Positions 40,782 through 56,598 of a DNA stretch of 64,000 nt are shown here, in pieces. The DNA comes from Balanoglossus misakiensis (taxonomy: Eukaryota; Animalia; Hemichordata), in the NCBI GenBank assembly GCA_040954595.2, contig CM082580.2:7790390-7854389 (forward strand), read 5' to 3'. Position 1 is the first letter of the stretch. Each line of letters begins with the position of its first letter. The notes below the pieces were generated by a model. The model was not told where the DNA came from and did not search any database. It saw only the letters and a program-made list of their open reading frames with translations. The position numbers and the translations under genes were made by a program.

Positions 40782-42999
40782 TTAAGTATGCTGCAGACAT
40801 CTTATTGGCAGCTTCGCAAGTCTACATGTAGTATTCGTACCAAACCAGCGGGTACATGTAGTTGTTACCCTTTAAATTTTAGAAGACAATGGAAATGCAT
40901 TAATTTTGTTTAGTGTTATGCAAATTAGTAAGTACTTTGTTGTACACACCTTCCAGTGTTGAGAAAAAAACAATGATATCAGTTTACAGAGTTGACTTTA
41001 CGATACGTGACATTTAAATCGGGTTCTCAGAGTTCTGTTGAGTCAGGTTTTACTCAAACTGGTTTTATTCATCCTCATGACAGCTCTAAAAATTTATTTT
41101 AAGAGTGACCGTAGTAACTTTGATTTTTTTTTTTAATTGTATATTTACGCATAATGAATTACCTTGCCACTGTTTGTATGGTAGTTTTTTTTTGCTTCTT
41201 ATATTAGATTAGCTGATGATGCCGGCCACTTTGTTGTTGTATTTGTATTGTAAATACAGAAAATCTCGCACTTGCGTATTTTTTATATAAAACTCTGTTG
41301 TCTTGTTCCAGTTCAAATCAACAATTGATTATACAAAGTTGAATGTTACATTTTTATTAAAGACAAGAATTAAATTCTGATGAATATAATCATCAATTGT
41401 ACTTGTGTCTTTCACTCTCTGGACAGTAGACAGTCGCAAGGAAGTCCTTAATTCTCCAATAGCGCCCTCGTCGGCTTTATTGAGCTCAGGCCTACATTTG
41501 TTTCTCGCAGGAAACTTGCACGAACAATTTGGTTCAAGCCTCATTGGTACTGACAAATGATTTTGTTCACAATTTTCAAAGGGAAGAACGGCTGCAGTCA
41601 CAACATGCATTTGGTGAACTTATGAAAGCCCTAGTCTAGAATCTAGGTTGTTTTACTACACTCAGGCTTGGAAAGATCAGCCAGATTCTAGGCTGAAAAG
41701 GCTTGAAAGGGATCTTCAAGATGATCGCATGCGTGTGACGTACATTGCATGTTAGATAGCGCCCTCACACTTCGAAAGGTCACCTTCCAAAAGGTCATGT
41801 GTTTGACCCATAGTTCCCTGTGCGCTTCCCGGTCATGAGACGAACTCTGGTACTCGAACTCTGAGAGAGATATTATCCACAAAATATTCCAGATTTCGGT
41901 CGTTTTAACAATCGAGCGTCGGCGAGGAGTCGTCTTAACCAAGGTCTGTTCATCAGTCGTGTTTTTTACAGGATATCAAGTCTCCTGGGCCAGTTATTTC
42001 AGCACGGAGGGTTGGGAGTCGGGATACGATAAACCCGCTGGATGTTAGTTCTGATATCTGTGGTGTAAAGTTGACGGTAGGTGAAATTAAAATACGATAT
42101 CAAAATTGATAATCTATTTATTGCAGTCGTATTAAATTTTCACAAAACTCTCCAGTGGATATAGATGATCGGCTTCGTACGAAAGCCGAGAACTCGACGC
42201 CGACTCGTCAAGTGTATTACAGTTCACGAGCTGTGTACAAATTACCCTGTGACCCAGTCCGGTGTAAACATTAATTTACCTAGACTGGGGTGATCAGGGT
42301 TATAAATCTACACATAGTTTGGTTGTACAGAAGACATTCTATAAATGAATAAGTACTGCATGCCGTGGTTAGATAATCCCATGCACAGATACGTTCGTGT
42401 TTTGTACAAAGTACAACGTGTAAGGGATAGGTACAGTGCTAGAGTTGGTCCACTGTTTGGGGGAGATGGTCCACACATACTGTAGACATGTCTATGGTCC
42501 ATATTGTCATGTTCGCCCAAACAATAACTCAGTTGTCGCATTTGTGCGTGACCTTTATATAGTGTGACAAGTACTAAAACAATAGAACACCAGGCTTCTA
42601 CATATATCATGTGTTTACAAGCTTACAATGCAAGCATCATGGATGTACCACATGTAGTAGCTAGTTTTTCTATGTTTCATTCTTCAGTGTACATATGCAC
42701 TGGTAATAACTCAGCCACAAAAGAAACACAACTTTATACTGCTAAAATCTGTGTTAGATTACAGAAATGTACTTATGTAATGTATTCTTTGTCTGAGCCA
42801 AAATCTCAGTACCCACTTGAAATGTCACTGTGGATACTCGCTCCAACACCCATGTTACAGATGCAACTGCGTCTGATCATCTGTCCAAACATATAGACAG
42901 TGCGTGTGGTTCAATACGTACATTTGCAAATGATAATAATGACAAAAATTGTTGTTGTAGGACCCTGTTTAGAGCAAACCATACACAAACATCGCCAAC

Positions 43000-45900
43000 A
43001 TGACTGAGTTTTGGTTGATATCGGCGCCGGGGGAGAAAACATGCCAGCAGACGTGGGATCGCATGAACAGCAGGACTGCCAAGGAACAGACACTCTCGGT
43101 GAATCACAAGTTCAACATGCCGGACCTAAAAGTGGGCACGCTGGATGTTCTCGTCGGTCTGTCCGATGAACTGGGCAAGCTGGATACCTTTGTGGAAGGG
43201 TAGGTTGTGGCAGAATTGGTTTCACTTGTCAGGGTTGAAGCCATTTTTTCTGGTTTGAAAGGCATCCAATGTGAAGAACATAGCATATTGTCAGTGTTGC
43301 CATTTAGCAACTACTCATACTTATAATGGTGTTATCATTGTGTTAATATTGGTCTTGACACCCAGAGACATTCTCAGTGAATTATTCATGTTGCTTCACA
43401 TTACATTGTACATACATTGTATGTGATAATTACCTACCTGCACTATTCAGACTAGATATGTGGTTAGAGTGGTGTGCTAGACCAGATGTGTTTCCTACAT
43501 CTAAAAATAGCACACCACAATACAGCCCTCACAGTCTGGTTCTTGTACGGTATATGCATTTAAAATTGTTAGATTACAATGACAGGGATTGGTTTACAGT
43601 CAAATAAAAACGGCATCACATGCAGCTGAATAGGGCCAGTGTCTGTATGGATTTATACCAAACGCTTTCTAATCTGGAAACCTGAAATCATGAAGATGAT
43701 TTCACAGGTGAATGTAACACCCTTTCCATATTCGTACCCAGGGTTGCAAGGAAAGTAGCACATTATCTTGGAGATGTACTTGAAGACCAGAGAGACAAGT
43801 TATCCGAGAATCTCCTCGCCAACGGAGGTAGGTATCTCAGATCCAGTGAATCCAGTGTTGTGCATATTCTAAAATTTACCAAATCAACACACTTCATCAT
43901 GTGTAAATTCTCAATTGTGTGGAAAAGCACTGTCATACAGTCAGGACATAGTTTGTTCATCTTGTCTGGTGTCTGATTGACCTATGACCTCCTCTAATCT
44001 GCAACATGGCTACCATATCAGGCAATTAGTTGCCAGTCAGAAGTTACGGTATCACACCGGTTTTGCAGTAGCTGCTCAAATGACAGCTTGTTCTGTATGA
44101 CACGTGTACTTGATTTGAATTTTCCTTGACACCCCCAGTGGACTTGACTACATACCTCACAAGATTCCAGTGGGACATGGCCAAGTATCCCATCAAACAA
44201 CCGCTGAAGAACATAGCAGAGATAATCAGTAAGGTAGGTCTCTTCCATCTGACAATTTCCCTAAAAAACGCAATTGTCTGGTGATGTTTTATTTCCCCAA
44301 ATATTAGTTTGGAACATAGTTTCTGTGGTTAGATTGGTAAAGTGTTCTTGGCAGTGAACTCAAAGTGTAATTTTTGATATGTTTGAATAACAGACTGGTC
44401 TATATGTATTGTAAGCATCATACTAGACTGTAGATGGAGTAAGGTCTACCATGGCTTTAGTCAAGTTGACACAATGTGATACTGTAAATACACAGAATCT
44501 CTGTCCAGCCATTTCCCCACTCATCCCCTTCTTTTTCCCTGTCTCCAACAGCAAGTTTCACAGATAGATGCTGATTTGAAATCAAAATCTTCGGCTTACA
44601 ACAATCTCAAGGGCAACTTACAGTCCCTCGAGAGGAAGGCAACGTAAGTACTTGTTTACGCGATGGAGTGCCATCTCTCACATAAATACAGAGGTTTGAA
44701 TTTCCAGTCATACAGTTTCAAATAAGGAACTCGCATTTGACACACCTCCACATTTTCGTCTCAGCACGTCTGTTATGAGCATGATGAAAGCAGTGCTGTA
44801 ATGTGTCTCTGATCTGCCTCCTTTTGTCCATCAGTGGCAGCTTGTTGACCAGGACCGTGGGAGATCTTGTGAAGAAAGAAGATTTTGTGCTAAGCTCCGA
44901 CTATTTGACAACGCTCCTGGTGGTTGTGCAAAAGTAAGTAAAACATTCTTTTGTCGTGGCTGTCAATTTGCTAAATATAAAGGGGCACAGCCCCTTACTA
45001 CTGGTAGTGCTAAGATACCCACAGCCTTTTTATAGAATGTGCAAGTCTCCTGTGCCTTTGTGGGCACTGCCTCACTTCTGGGCTCTAATACTCTCACCTC
45101 AATTGTTTTCAGAGTAATGTACACGGATTGGAAGGCCAAGTACGAAAGTTTGGCAGATATGGTGGTGCCAAGATCTACCAAGTAAGTCAATGGCATGTTA
45201 GTGGTCAAAAAAAACACAAAAAGAGTGATTTTGGAATGATTTCATCTTCTGTGTGTGTTTTTGTAATCTTATACATGTACCTTGCTGTTGTTTCAGGCTA
45301 ATTTATGAAGACACAGAATATGGTCTGTTCACTGTCACCCTCTTCAGGAAAGTTGTTGATGAGTATAAACTTCATGCCAGGGAAAACAGGTGAGTGACAA
45401 TGAAATCTTCAAAAACATTGATCAAAATTGACATATCCCTAACCTTGTCCATTTGCCATGTTTGAACAAAACATAGCTCTCTACCAACACATGTCAGACA
45501 CATATATTCAATCTTGATCATCCTACTTTCAGTGGAGGCTGACTTTCCTTAATCATTTCAACCCTGCCCACCCCCTCACGTAAATGTAGGTCTACACACA
45601 CACTTATTAACAATGGGACTGCACCAAACACATTGTGCAGAAAGGGAGAAAGTAGCACAGCATTTGATTTATAGTGTTCTCTTGTGACTTGACAGGTTTG
45701 TCGTGCGGGATTTCTCCTACAACGAGGAAGAACTGAAGGCCGACAAGAAGGAGATCAACGAACTAGCCACCAATAAAAAGAAACAATTTGTAAGTAAAGC
45801 TCCTCCTGTGACTTAGTTTACTGGGTGCAAATCTTATCATATCTTACTATAATATTATCTTCTTTTTGTTTTGAGTAGGGCCCTCTTGTGAGGTGGTTAA

Positions 45901-46668
45901 AAGTGAATTTCAGTGAAGCCTTCACTGCCTGGATCCACGTCAAAGCTTTGAGAGTTTTTGTAGAATCGGTTTTGAGGTAAGTGATTTATCGGCTATATCT
46001 TTTTTCCTTTGACAGTAGAATATGTGGTTGTCTATTGTATGATCAGAGAGAGAGAGAGAGCTTGAAAGCAATGTGTTGACTGACCATCCCCTTTATTCCA
46101 TAGGTATGGACTGCCGGTCAATTTCCAAGCCATGTTACTGCAGCCGTACAGGAAACAAGGCAAGAAGCTTCGAGACGTCTTGAAGAACTTGTACAGTCAC
46201 CTAGACTCCAGTGCTTTCTCTGGCCCAGAAGTAAGTACATCATTTCTCATGCTCCTTTGCTCAGCACGTTCATGCACTGTTCTAATCACAATGTGTACGT
46301 GCATACATCCACATGCCCAAACACTTGTTTATGTTGATAAGTGCTTATACCTTCAAAGCAGTGAAAAATTATGTACGTTTCGAGACTGATATGGGTCAGG
46401 CCCCTGGTGTGTCGTGTGACAGATTGGACTTTATTGATCAACTTCTAGAAATGTGTTGATAATCTGAACAAGTTTTGTTTCAATTTACAAGTGGCAGTTC
46501 ACAACTACAATACAATATTGTTTCCGTATCAATTTTCACTCTCATTCCTAATTTTAACTTTGCTTTTTCTAGTTAACTGAAGATATTCCTGGATTAGGTC
46601 TGGCAGGCCAGGATTATTATCCCTACGTGTACTACCACATTAATATAGATTTCCTGGAGAAGCGTTAA
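43000..46668 (+). CDS. ATP6V1C1: V-type proton ATPase subunit C, multi-exon (first coding exon 43000-43199, last 46573-46668); probable non-coding first exon ending near 42077
   Basis: [98 protein letters not shown]. Confidence 0.96.
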
Positions 46669-47713
46669 AAAACTTTGCCTGTCGTCCAAGGGAAAGCCCA
46701 GCAATATGTAGGAATTTTATTGAAATAGGTGAAAGGTCATCGCTCATGGGTCCGGTATTTTTTTTTTTAGTTGCAATGAAACAGTGTTTTAGAAGAAAGC
46801 TGTATAACTTCTCTGTATAAATATGTGCTGTGAATTCTCTTGTTCGTAAGACAGGCTTTGGAAGTCTGCATTGCGCCCAAGGTCTGTTATATCTGATAAT
46901 AGTAAAGAGGGAACTGGGGGTGAAAGATGTACTGTGCTGTGTCAAATTTTTCTGCAGATTCTGTCATCAAGTTGTTTTCCATTGTATGTTGTGTGAGGAT
47001 TGACCATTTCACTTACTGGAGGAAAAAAATCACAAATTTGCAGTCAGTCACTATCCAATTGTTTTTGGTATTGACTGAATCCTTTTTATTTCCCCGATTT
47101 GTTTTTAGCATAATTTTACATTTTGAGTTTAAACTAAAGTTTGACCTGTAACCATGACTATTTTAGGAATTTTAAGGTATTGTCAGGAAACTAGAATTCT
47201 GTGTACTCATCAATCGTGCAATAGATCATGAAATAAACCCCACATTTTCCATTAAGACTGGACCGTTTAAAACTCTGTATGGCAGTATTACTACCCTTTC
47301 ACATGGACATCTATTAAATTGAAATGCTTGCTTTGTACAAACAAAGAGTTTTTCTGTCTGACAAGTAAATTTGTGAATTGTATAATAGGAGTCGGTGTTT
47401 GATGGAAGATAAAATAAAAGTGAACAATGAAATACTGTGTATACTGTTGTGTTTATTGTTGGTGCTAACTATGACTGGATAAAACTGTGTGTGAAAAGTA
47501 TATTAAAATCCACCAAGCTTAGTGTACACAAAAGGATTAAGAACAGCGCCATCATGAGTTTGTGTTCGTATAATAAATCATTCAGGCGCGAGACTTGTTT
47601 CTCAAACGAGACTAGTCGGCATACAGAGACGAGAACACGATCATCGCCGCAGCTTTTGTGTAGACGCCGTCTTAGTTATTCATTGTCTGTGTCAAATTTC
47701 ATTTTGCCACAAA

Positions 47714-48631
47714 ATGTCGACAAATAACCTGGCCGCTTTGAGGAAGACTGTCAACCAGTTAAAACTAGAGGCCAATCTTGAAAGAATGAAGGTATCTCAG
47801 GCGGCGTCAGAGTAAGTATATGAATAATTTTCGATGATGATTATTTTCAAAGCTGGGAGTGTGCATTAAAATTGGTGTCATCTTTTTCCCCCTCCCACCT
47901 TGATTAAAACGTGAAAATTCCTCAGTGGTGTATTGCTACTATTTCTGTGTCTCATCCAGTACAGGATTGTGATACTTGTGTTTCACGGGAAAATGCGAAT
48001 TCACGGGTTTTCGGTGTTATGCGGATTCGGCTACGCGATCTCGAATCGCCATGATATTAATTTGCATAACACTGGAGAGTAGCCGGAGAAAATTACAGGC
48101 GTTGCCTTGACGATGTGCGGGGAGAGCGCGCGTGTTGACGGTAAAGCACAGTGGGAATACGTATTGGCTTCCATCATATCGATCATAGATGCACTGCATA
48201 TAAAATACGATACACCAGATCCCATATAAATATATTGGTATTAGAATTACCAAATTCCCATTGGTCAACAGTCTCACACCCATTGGTGTATGTAAATTAG
48301 TGCATTTTTAATTGCTATTTAATTTCATTAATAATCTGAAAATAGCATGAGCTGCCTGCTTCAATTAAAATCAAACTGGTAGCCACCAGCTTACATGAAC
48401 AATAGGGTTATCTGTACCCGGATAGAGTACCTTTGTCATTGACGTACAGACATATCATTGAAACAGCTCCAAATGTGTTTTTCTTCAAACGACTAACATT
48501 TCTTTTTTTGTTGTTTACATTACAGTTTGCTGCAGTATTGTGAGCAAAATCAGAATGTTGACTACTTATTGATAGGTGTGCCTGCCTCAGAGAACCCCTT
48601 CAAGGAGAAGAAATCTTGTGTTGTATTATAA
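47714..48631 (+). CDS. Heterotrimeric G-protein gamma subunit; exons 47714-47811 and 48526-48631 (missed by the ORF track)
   Basis: MSTNNLAALRKTVNQLKLEANLERMKVSQAASD|LLQYCEQNQNVDYLLIGVPASENPFKEKKSCVVL*: GGL domain, NPF motif, CAAX box CVVL; GACTAAC branch site in the intron. Confidence 0.93.
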
Positions 48632-49045
48632 TCTGCAAAATATCACCTCACATGCTAAAACTTGTCTTGGTAAGTTATCACCAGTGTGATTTTATTGGTT
48701 TCATTTCACAATTGTCAGCGCAACAAATGATATGTTCCAGCTGGAAGTTGTGTGTGCCCAGTTGGCAACACAGTTAAATGACTCCAGTTTCTTCAATCCT
48801 GTTTTCTTTTCACAGATTTGTCTGGAGTCTATGTATCCTCACCTCCTACACAGTCATCACCTCCTTTGTGTATCCTGCATTAGTTGGTTGGTAAACATTC
48901 TCCACTGTCGTTCAAAGGTGTCCCTGTATCCAGAACTGCAATGAACAGACGGCCACTTGTGTTGCTTCTGGGATTGTGACTGTCACATCATCAGACCATA
49001 TCAGAAAGTTTGTAAGCGTGTGGAGAGAGAATGTGCCAATTTTAA

Positions 49046-49149
49046 CCCTTTCACCCCATTTCCCCCTGTACATGGGTCCAACCATGCCCACTTTTAACAC
49101 AGTGGGAATGTAATGTACTGAAATGTGTGTCAGGGAAAGGGTGAAAGGG
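49046..49149 (-). mobile_element. Longer (104-bp) variant of the piggyBac-like MITE in the G-gamma 3' UTR
   Basis: TTAA|CCCTTTCACC...GGTGAAAGGG|TTAA. Confidence 0.8.
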
Positions 49150-50312
49150 TTAAGAATCTGATAAATCAAGGATATTCTAATGGAAGTCATTTTGTAAGCA
49201 AACTATGTATGGAAATATAATCTGTTGTAGTATTGTAGAATTATGTCTGTATATTGAAGGCTGTGCTAGATTTAGTTTACATTTTACCAGGGACAATTTT
49301 CTCTACAATATAGTTTCATCTTGTACCAGTACTTACACTTGAAGCAGACCCAAGCCATATATAACAGACCATGACTTTTATGGCATGCTTATTATTAAAA
49401 TGCCTATCTCATCTTTATCAGACACGAGTACATTAACTTTTTTTATTTCATGTGAATTTCTTCATTGATAGCTTGTACATCTCCGATCCTCTTTAATTTT
49501 GACATTGCTCCAAGAATATGAAGGAAAATAGCTTGCCAAACGTTCAGTTTGATCAAGAGGTTAAAAAATTACAGTATCTGTATAAGAGTTATTGACAATG
49601 CAGGGGGAGATAGACCTTTTATGACTAATTATTCTAATCGGGATTATTTGTATCAGTGATTGTAGGTTAAAGGTGAAAGCAAATTCACTGCTTGTAAATC
49701 AGTTCCTGATCGCTATATCATGCACTTGAGGTTGTATATTGTGTGAAAATAATACCACGCCCAAGGACGTTAGCCACAGTGTCTTGGTTGTACTTGAAAT
49801 GGTTGTGAAACTTCTGCCTTGATATTTTGTCACTCTGACCCAAAATAGCTATCACACTATCTACATCTCAGAAATTTTTAAAATTAGTGATTATGGATAT
49901 TGACACCCAGGATCATTTATATTTATTGTTTACATATTTATAATGGCGTTACACTTGTATAAGTTACTTGATGTGCAATAAATTAATATGTCCCACAAAC
50001 TTTGACTGGACTCAAATCAAACCTGTGTGTATGTGTTTGTGTGTACGACTAGTAATTTAACTTTTCAGGCTATATAATGTACATGCACCACTATTTGACA
50101 GCAGTTGCAAGGTTTGAACATATCACCTGCTATTTAGTGTGTGTGTATCAAAAAATTGGTCTTATAGTATACACGTCTAGATAATAAACAAATGATTAGC
50201 GACCTTTCATTACTACCTTTCACATAAATGCTCACAGGCCCCGGCTATGCTTCTTGTCTTACCTGCTGTAATTCAGTAGCTTTGATCATTACTTCCCATA
50301 ATATACAGTCCT

Positions 50313-51411
50313 ATGACAGAACTTCATGACCTCTGCGCGCGATCTGTGCAGTATGGATTTTTATTTTCATGAGTGAGAAGGTGTATTCTTCCGAGTATTT
50401 TTACGAGCGATAGCGAGTAAAAATGCAGAAGAATACACCTTCTCACGAGTGAAAATAAAATCCATACTGCACAGATCGCGCGCAGAGGTCATGAAGTTCT
50501 GTTATTATTGCATATGTTTCCCCAGATTTGACGAAAATCAAAGTTTCGATCGTGGCGTATTGATTTTCATTACAGTGATGCGCCAAAGGCTATGCAACCC
50601 AGAGAAGGCCGCTCAATGGCCAAAATGACGCAACCTTTGTTATGCAAAGAAGGGTCATGTGGGGTCATTCCAACAGTGGGTTACCTGAGGTCGTGAGAAC
50701 GCAGCTATAAATTTTGAAACACTGGCGATAACGAGAGATTTTCGTAATTTTCGAGGTTCCAAAACACACTGACAACTAAATGTTCTGTTATTCTGACGAT
50801 AGTTGGGAAGGATAATAAAACAACGTGCCAGAATGTTGAAAAATCCGCATGTTTCGGCGATCATGGTTGCTCATCTCATCGGTGGTTTAGCTCAGGTCGC
50901 AAGATAGCATCGGCAATATTTGAGAATCTGGCGATAGCGAGGGATATTCCGAGGTTCCCAAACATACTGCCAGTTAATGTTTTGTTATTCTGACAAAATT
51001 TGGGAAGGATAAGACAATGACGTCTCCGAATGTTGAAAATTCCCCACGTTTCGGAGATCATACTCCAGCTCTGCCGACGGCGTTCAATGCTTACAAACAA
51101 AACGTAGTCCGGCTTGTTTTTACTCATTTGCATATGGGTTGTGAAAAATACCACTTTGTCACGCGCACAACTAAAACAACAATCGGCTTTTTTGCGACTG
51201 AAATAAAACTTTTGTTATATCCTCCGGAGGTTTATATGAACTCCAAGTGATTGTCTAACAGAACGAGGGTTAAACTTTGAAAGATACGATCGATTGAAGG
51301 GGAAATGGGGGATCTTATTCTTCTGTATGCTCATTTGCATATGAGCTCGCAAAAATACCAGAATTATTATTGCACGGCCCGCTTGGAATACTGTGGTACA
51401 TATGCAATAAT
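50313..51411. mobile_element. Putative non-autonomous element: ~190-bp terminal palindrome (50313-50505) followed by a ~900-bp body bounded by perfect 14-bp inverted repeats
   Basis: Arms acagaacttcatgacctctgcgcgcgatctgtgcagtatgga... and their reverse complement; ATTATTGCATATGT (50504-50517) / ACATATGCAATAAT (51398-51411). Confidence 0.65.
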
Positions 51412-52257
51412 CATTATTCATGGACTGGAGAGTAGGATATGAGTACAAGCAAACAGTCATAAATTGCATTAGGGTGTTGACAATGTAACATTTGTGTTTG
51501 GGACTTCCGTCTGTACAAAATAGGTAGGTACTGGTATTTCATGTTGATGTAAAAAAAGTTCTTGATTAGCAAAACTTTTGGCGTTGCATATCAGTTCCTC
51601 GTAGTGTCCCAGTCAGATTTAGCATCATAAGTAGCAGTGGTTCCTCAAAAGGGTCTGCAAAAAGTATTCATGCCTGTGCCTGTTACTTGATTTTGAGACT
51701 TTGATGTACAAATTGGTTTTTTAAATGCTATCATTTTGTCTCATTTGCTCCGATGCTGACATACCTTAGTAACCACTCCCTATACTTGATTCAAGCATTG
51801 ACAACAAATTCTCGAAAGTAAGAAAAAATGTCATAAATTGAGTTAGATTTCAAACAAAAATAAGACTTTATTATGACTATTTTATTTCCTCCAGTCACCT
51901 CTCGCATTTTTGCATTACTTTATGTCTTTATGTACCAGTGCTGACTAGGAAAGCAGTGCTATGCATTGACAGTACTCCGCTTCTTTTCAGTATATAATGC
52001 CTCATCCGGGAACTTTAGGTGTCCAACCAACCAACGCCCTTCACAGTTTGATATCAATCCGCCACTGCAATGCTCTCAGATTCTGTGCAAAATTAAACGA
52101 TTATTTGAAATTCCAAAACATTGTTGATATATTTTTATCAATGGAAGGAAAAAAACATCATCAATCAACCATATATTGAAAACTTAAGCATATCTTTGAA
52201 GAGCTACATTACTCGAAAGGATTACCGGTGTGGGCGTGAAGCGGTTTCACACTCAAC

Positions 52258-52477
52258 CGCCATTTTGGGAGGTTCGCCGTAGTGAAATTCGAATTAGAAT
52301 TGTTCCTTCGGCCGGAGCTGACAATAACGGAACGTTTGTTAAAAGGATAGACGAGTCATTTTGGTAGCCAGTATACTGTGCTGTCGACCCGGTTATTTTT
52401 ACGGGAACAAATCGAATCACATTCGTGGAAATTTGACGATTTCGCTTCCCGGAAGTTGCTGGGCGAGAGGCCCAAAG
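52258..52477 (+). promoter_or_regulatory. Probable ARF6 transcription start region and non-coding first exon
   Basis: CpG-rich patch, YY1-type CGCCATTTT at 52258, ETS-type CCGGAAGT near 52449, donor AAG|GTAAGT at 52478; matching acceptor near 54198. Confidence 0.55.
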
Positions 52478-54284
52478 GTAAGTTGTGTCCACACGTAAAT
52501 GGCATCGTGCGATTCATGATGGCCGGGCAGGGCATGTTATCTTTCAATGCATTTTCGTTACACTCATATGATCGACCAGTTAGTTTAAAATGTGTGAGTT
52601 GTGCGGATATTGTCGCTCCGTTATTCTACATCGCATGCCCGGATCCTGAAGCTAAACGCGTAGTCCTTTAGGCTTTACAGCAGACACCAGTATCATAACT
52701 TGCTTTGTGTATTATAAAACACGTTTCTGTAGCTTTCCACGTTTGTGGGGAAAGTGCCGCGCCGCCACATGTTCAAAAGCAGTTTTCAAGGAGAGAGAGC
52801 TGTCATTTAAAATAAAAACTGCCTTGCCATCGGTACCACCCACACGTCAAACAAACTGAAATCGATCAATTATCTTCTATAATGCAACTTGTCACTGTCT
52901 TAATCTTGACGACACCTTGATCATTTATTTTCGTGGACTGGAGTTCAACCAGCCATAGACAGTTGAAGTAGATTTCAGTTGTCAGTTTCAGTACATAAAT
53001 TTTCCGAATGCTTTCTTTTTTCTGAGATTTCAGATTTTTTTTGCAATTATGCAACGCCAAGTGGTGATTATCCTCAGCTAAAGCAACCCCATTGTAATGC
53101 TAAGCAATTGTTTATGAAACTTGCATATTTGCATGTATTGTGTGGGAAGGTATGAAACGCCCCTAATAGGCATGTTTCATTTCTGAAACTAGATTGGGCA
53201 CCATTGGCTCCATCTGGTACCCAAAGGAATGCAGTGTGTAGGTGTCGATTTTGGGGTGCAGGCAACTGCACCAGAAACAATGGTACAAATGCAAATAAAT
53301 TTACTTTAATTAATAATGTAATTTTCTAATTGGCTTAGCAATATTACAAAATTGCCCGTCACATGGCTGTAGGCTTTTTTCTTTTGGTTGAACTGGTATG
53401 TCATTTGCTTATGTTACTCAGCTCATTACTGCATTGAGGAAGTATCTTCTCAAGTACTAGTGTCAAGTGATACATTATTCTTTTTGGAACAGAATGTCCC
53501 AATACGTTCAAGCCAGTGTACAGCAATCTTGCATTTTAAGAGAGACTTCAAGTAGTTTCAGGGCAGTAATTGGTGTCAAACATTCCTTGGTTTAACAGAT
53601 CAAGTGTCATTGTAAATTTACAGAATTCAGTGATTGTAAATGATCAACAAGCCAGTCCCTGAATGTAAACATGGGCATGATCAGGAACCACAACTAGTGA
53701 ATAGTTTGATGGTGCCATCACTGCAAATAAGTGTTAGCATTAAATGCCACGGAATTTCCAGTACAGTTTCCTGTACATGTATGTCAGAACTTCCTAAGTG
53801 TAGATCAGTGTGAACTGTGTTGTTGGGTTGCCCGAACACCCTTTCATGCTTGTGGCATTTTTGCTCTTGGCAAAATTTATTCTCTTAGGTATTTGCATGT
53901 TTTATATAATATTCATTATCGGCTAAGGCATTGGTTATGTCACCCTGTTCAATTACTGTTTGAAAGATATCAGAGAATGTGAACATATTGGGTAAATGGT
54001 AAATGTAATTATGTTTAATACTTTATAGAAGTATGGCTCAGTTTATCACTAAATCATCAATTGTCTGCCACATGACAATTATCGCGTGTTTCTTTTCAGC
54101 ACCAGTAAATATAATGTTTGAGGTGGAAACCTGCTTATGGGCTATAAAGAATAATTTCATCTTACTGATTGCGTCATTTTCTACTTTTTTCCTTCCAGGA
54201 TCACCACAGGGAGTTGTATGTACTTCCTGCTAGTAACCCCCACTTCAAAGGGCTGATTTTTGTCCAGTGCAAACACATGACAAC

Positions 54285-56598
<2,314 letters not shown>

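Noticed and set aside
44325-44370. tRNA A-box-like gtggttagattggtaaag
   Set aside because: No B-box or cloverleaf; at most a decayed SINE fragment
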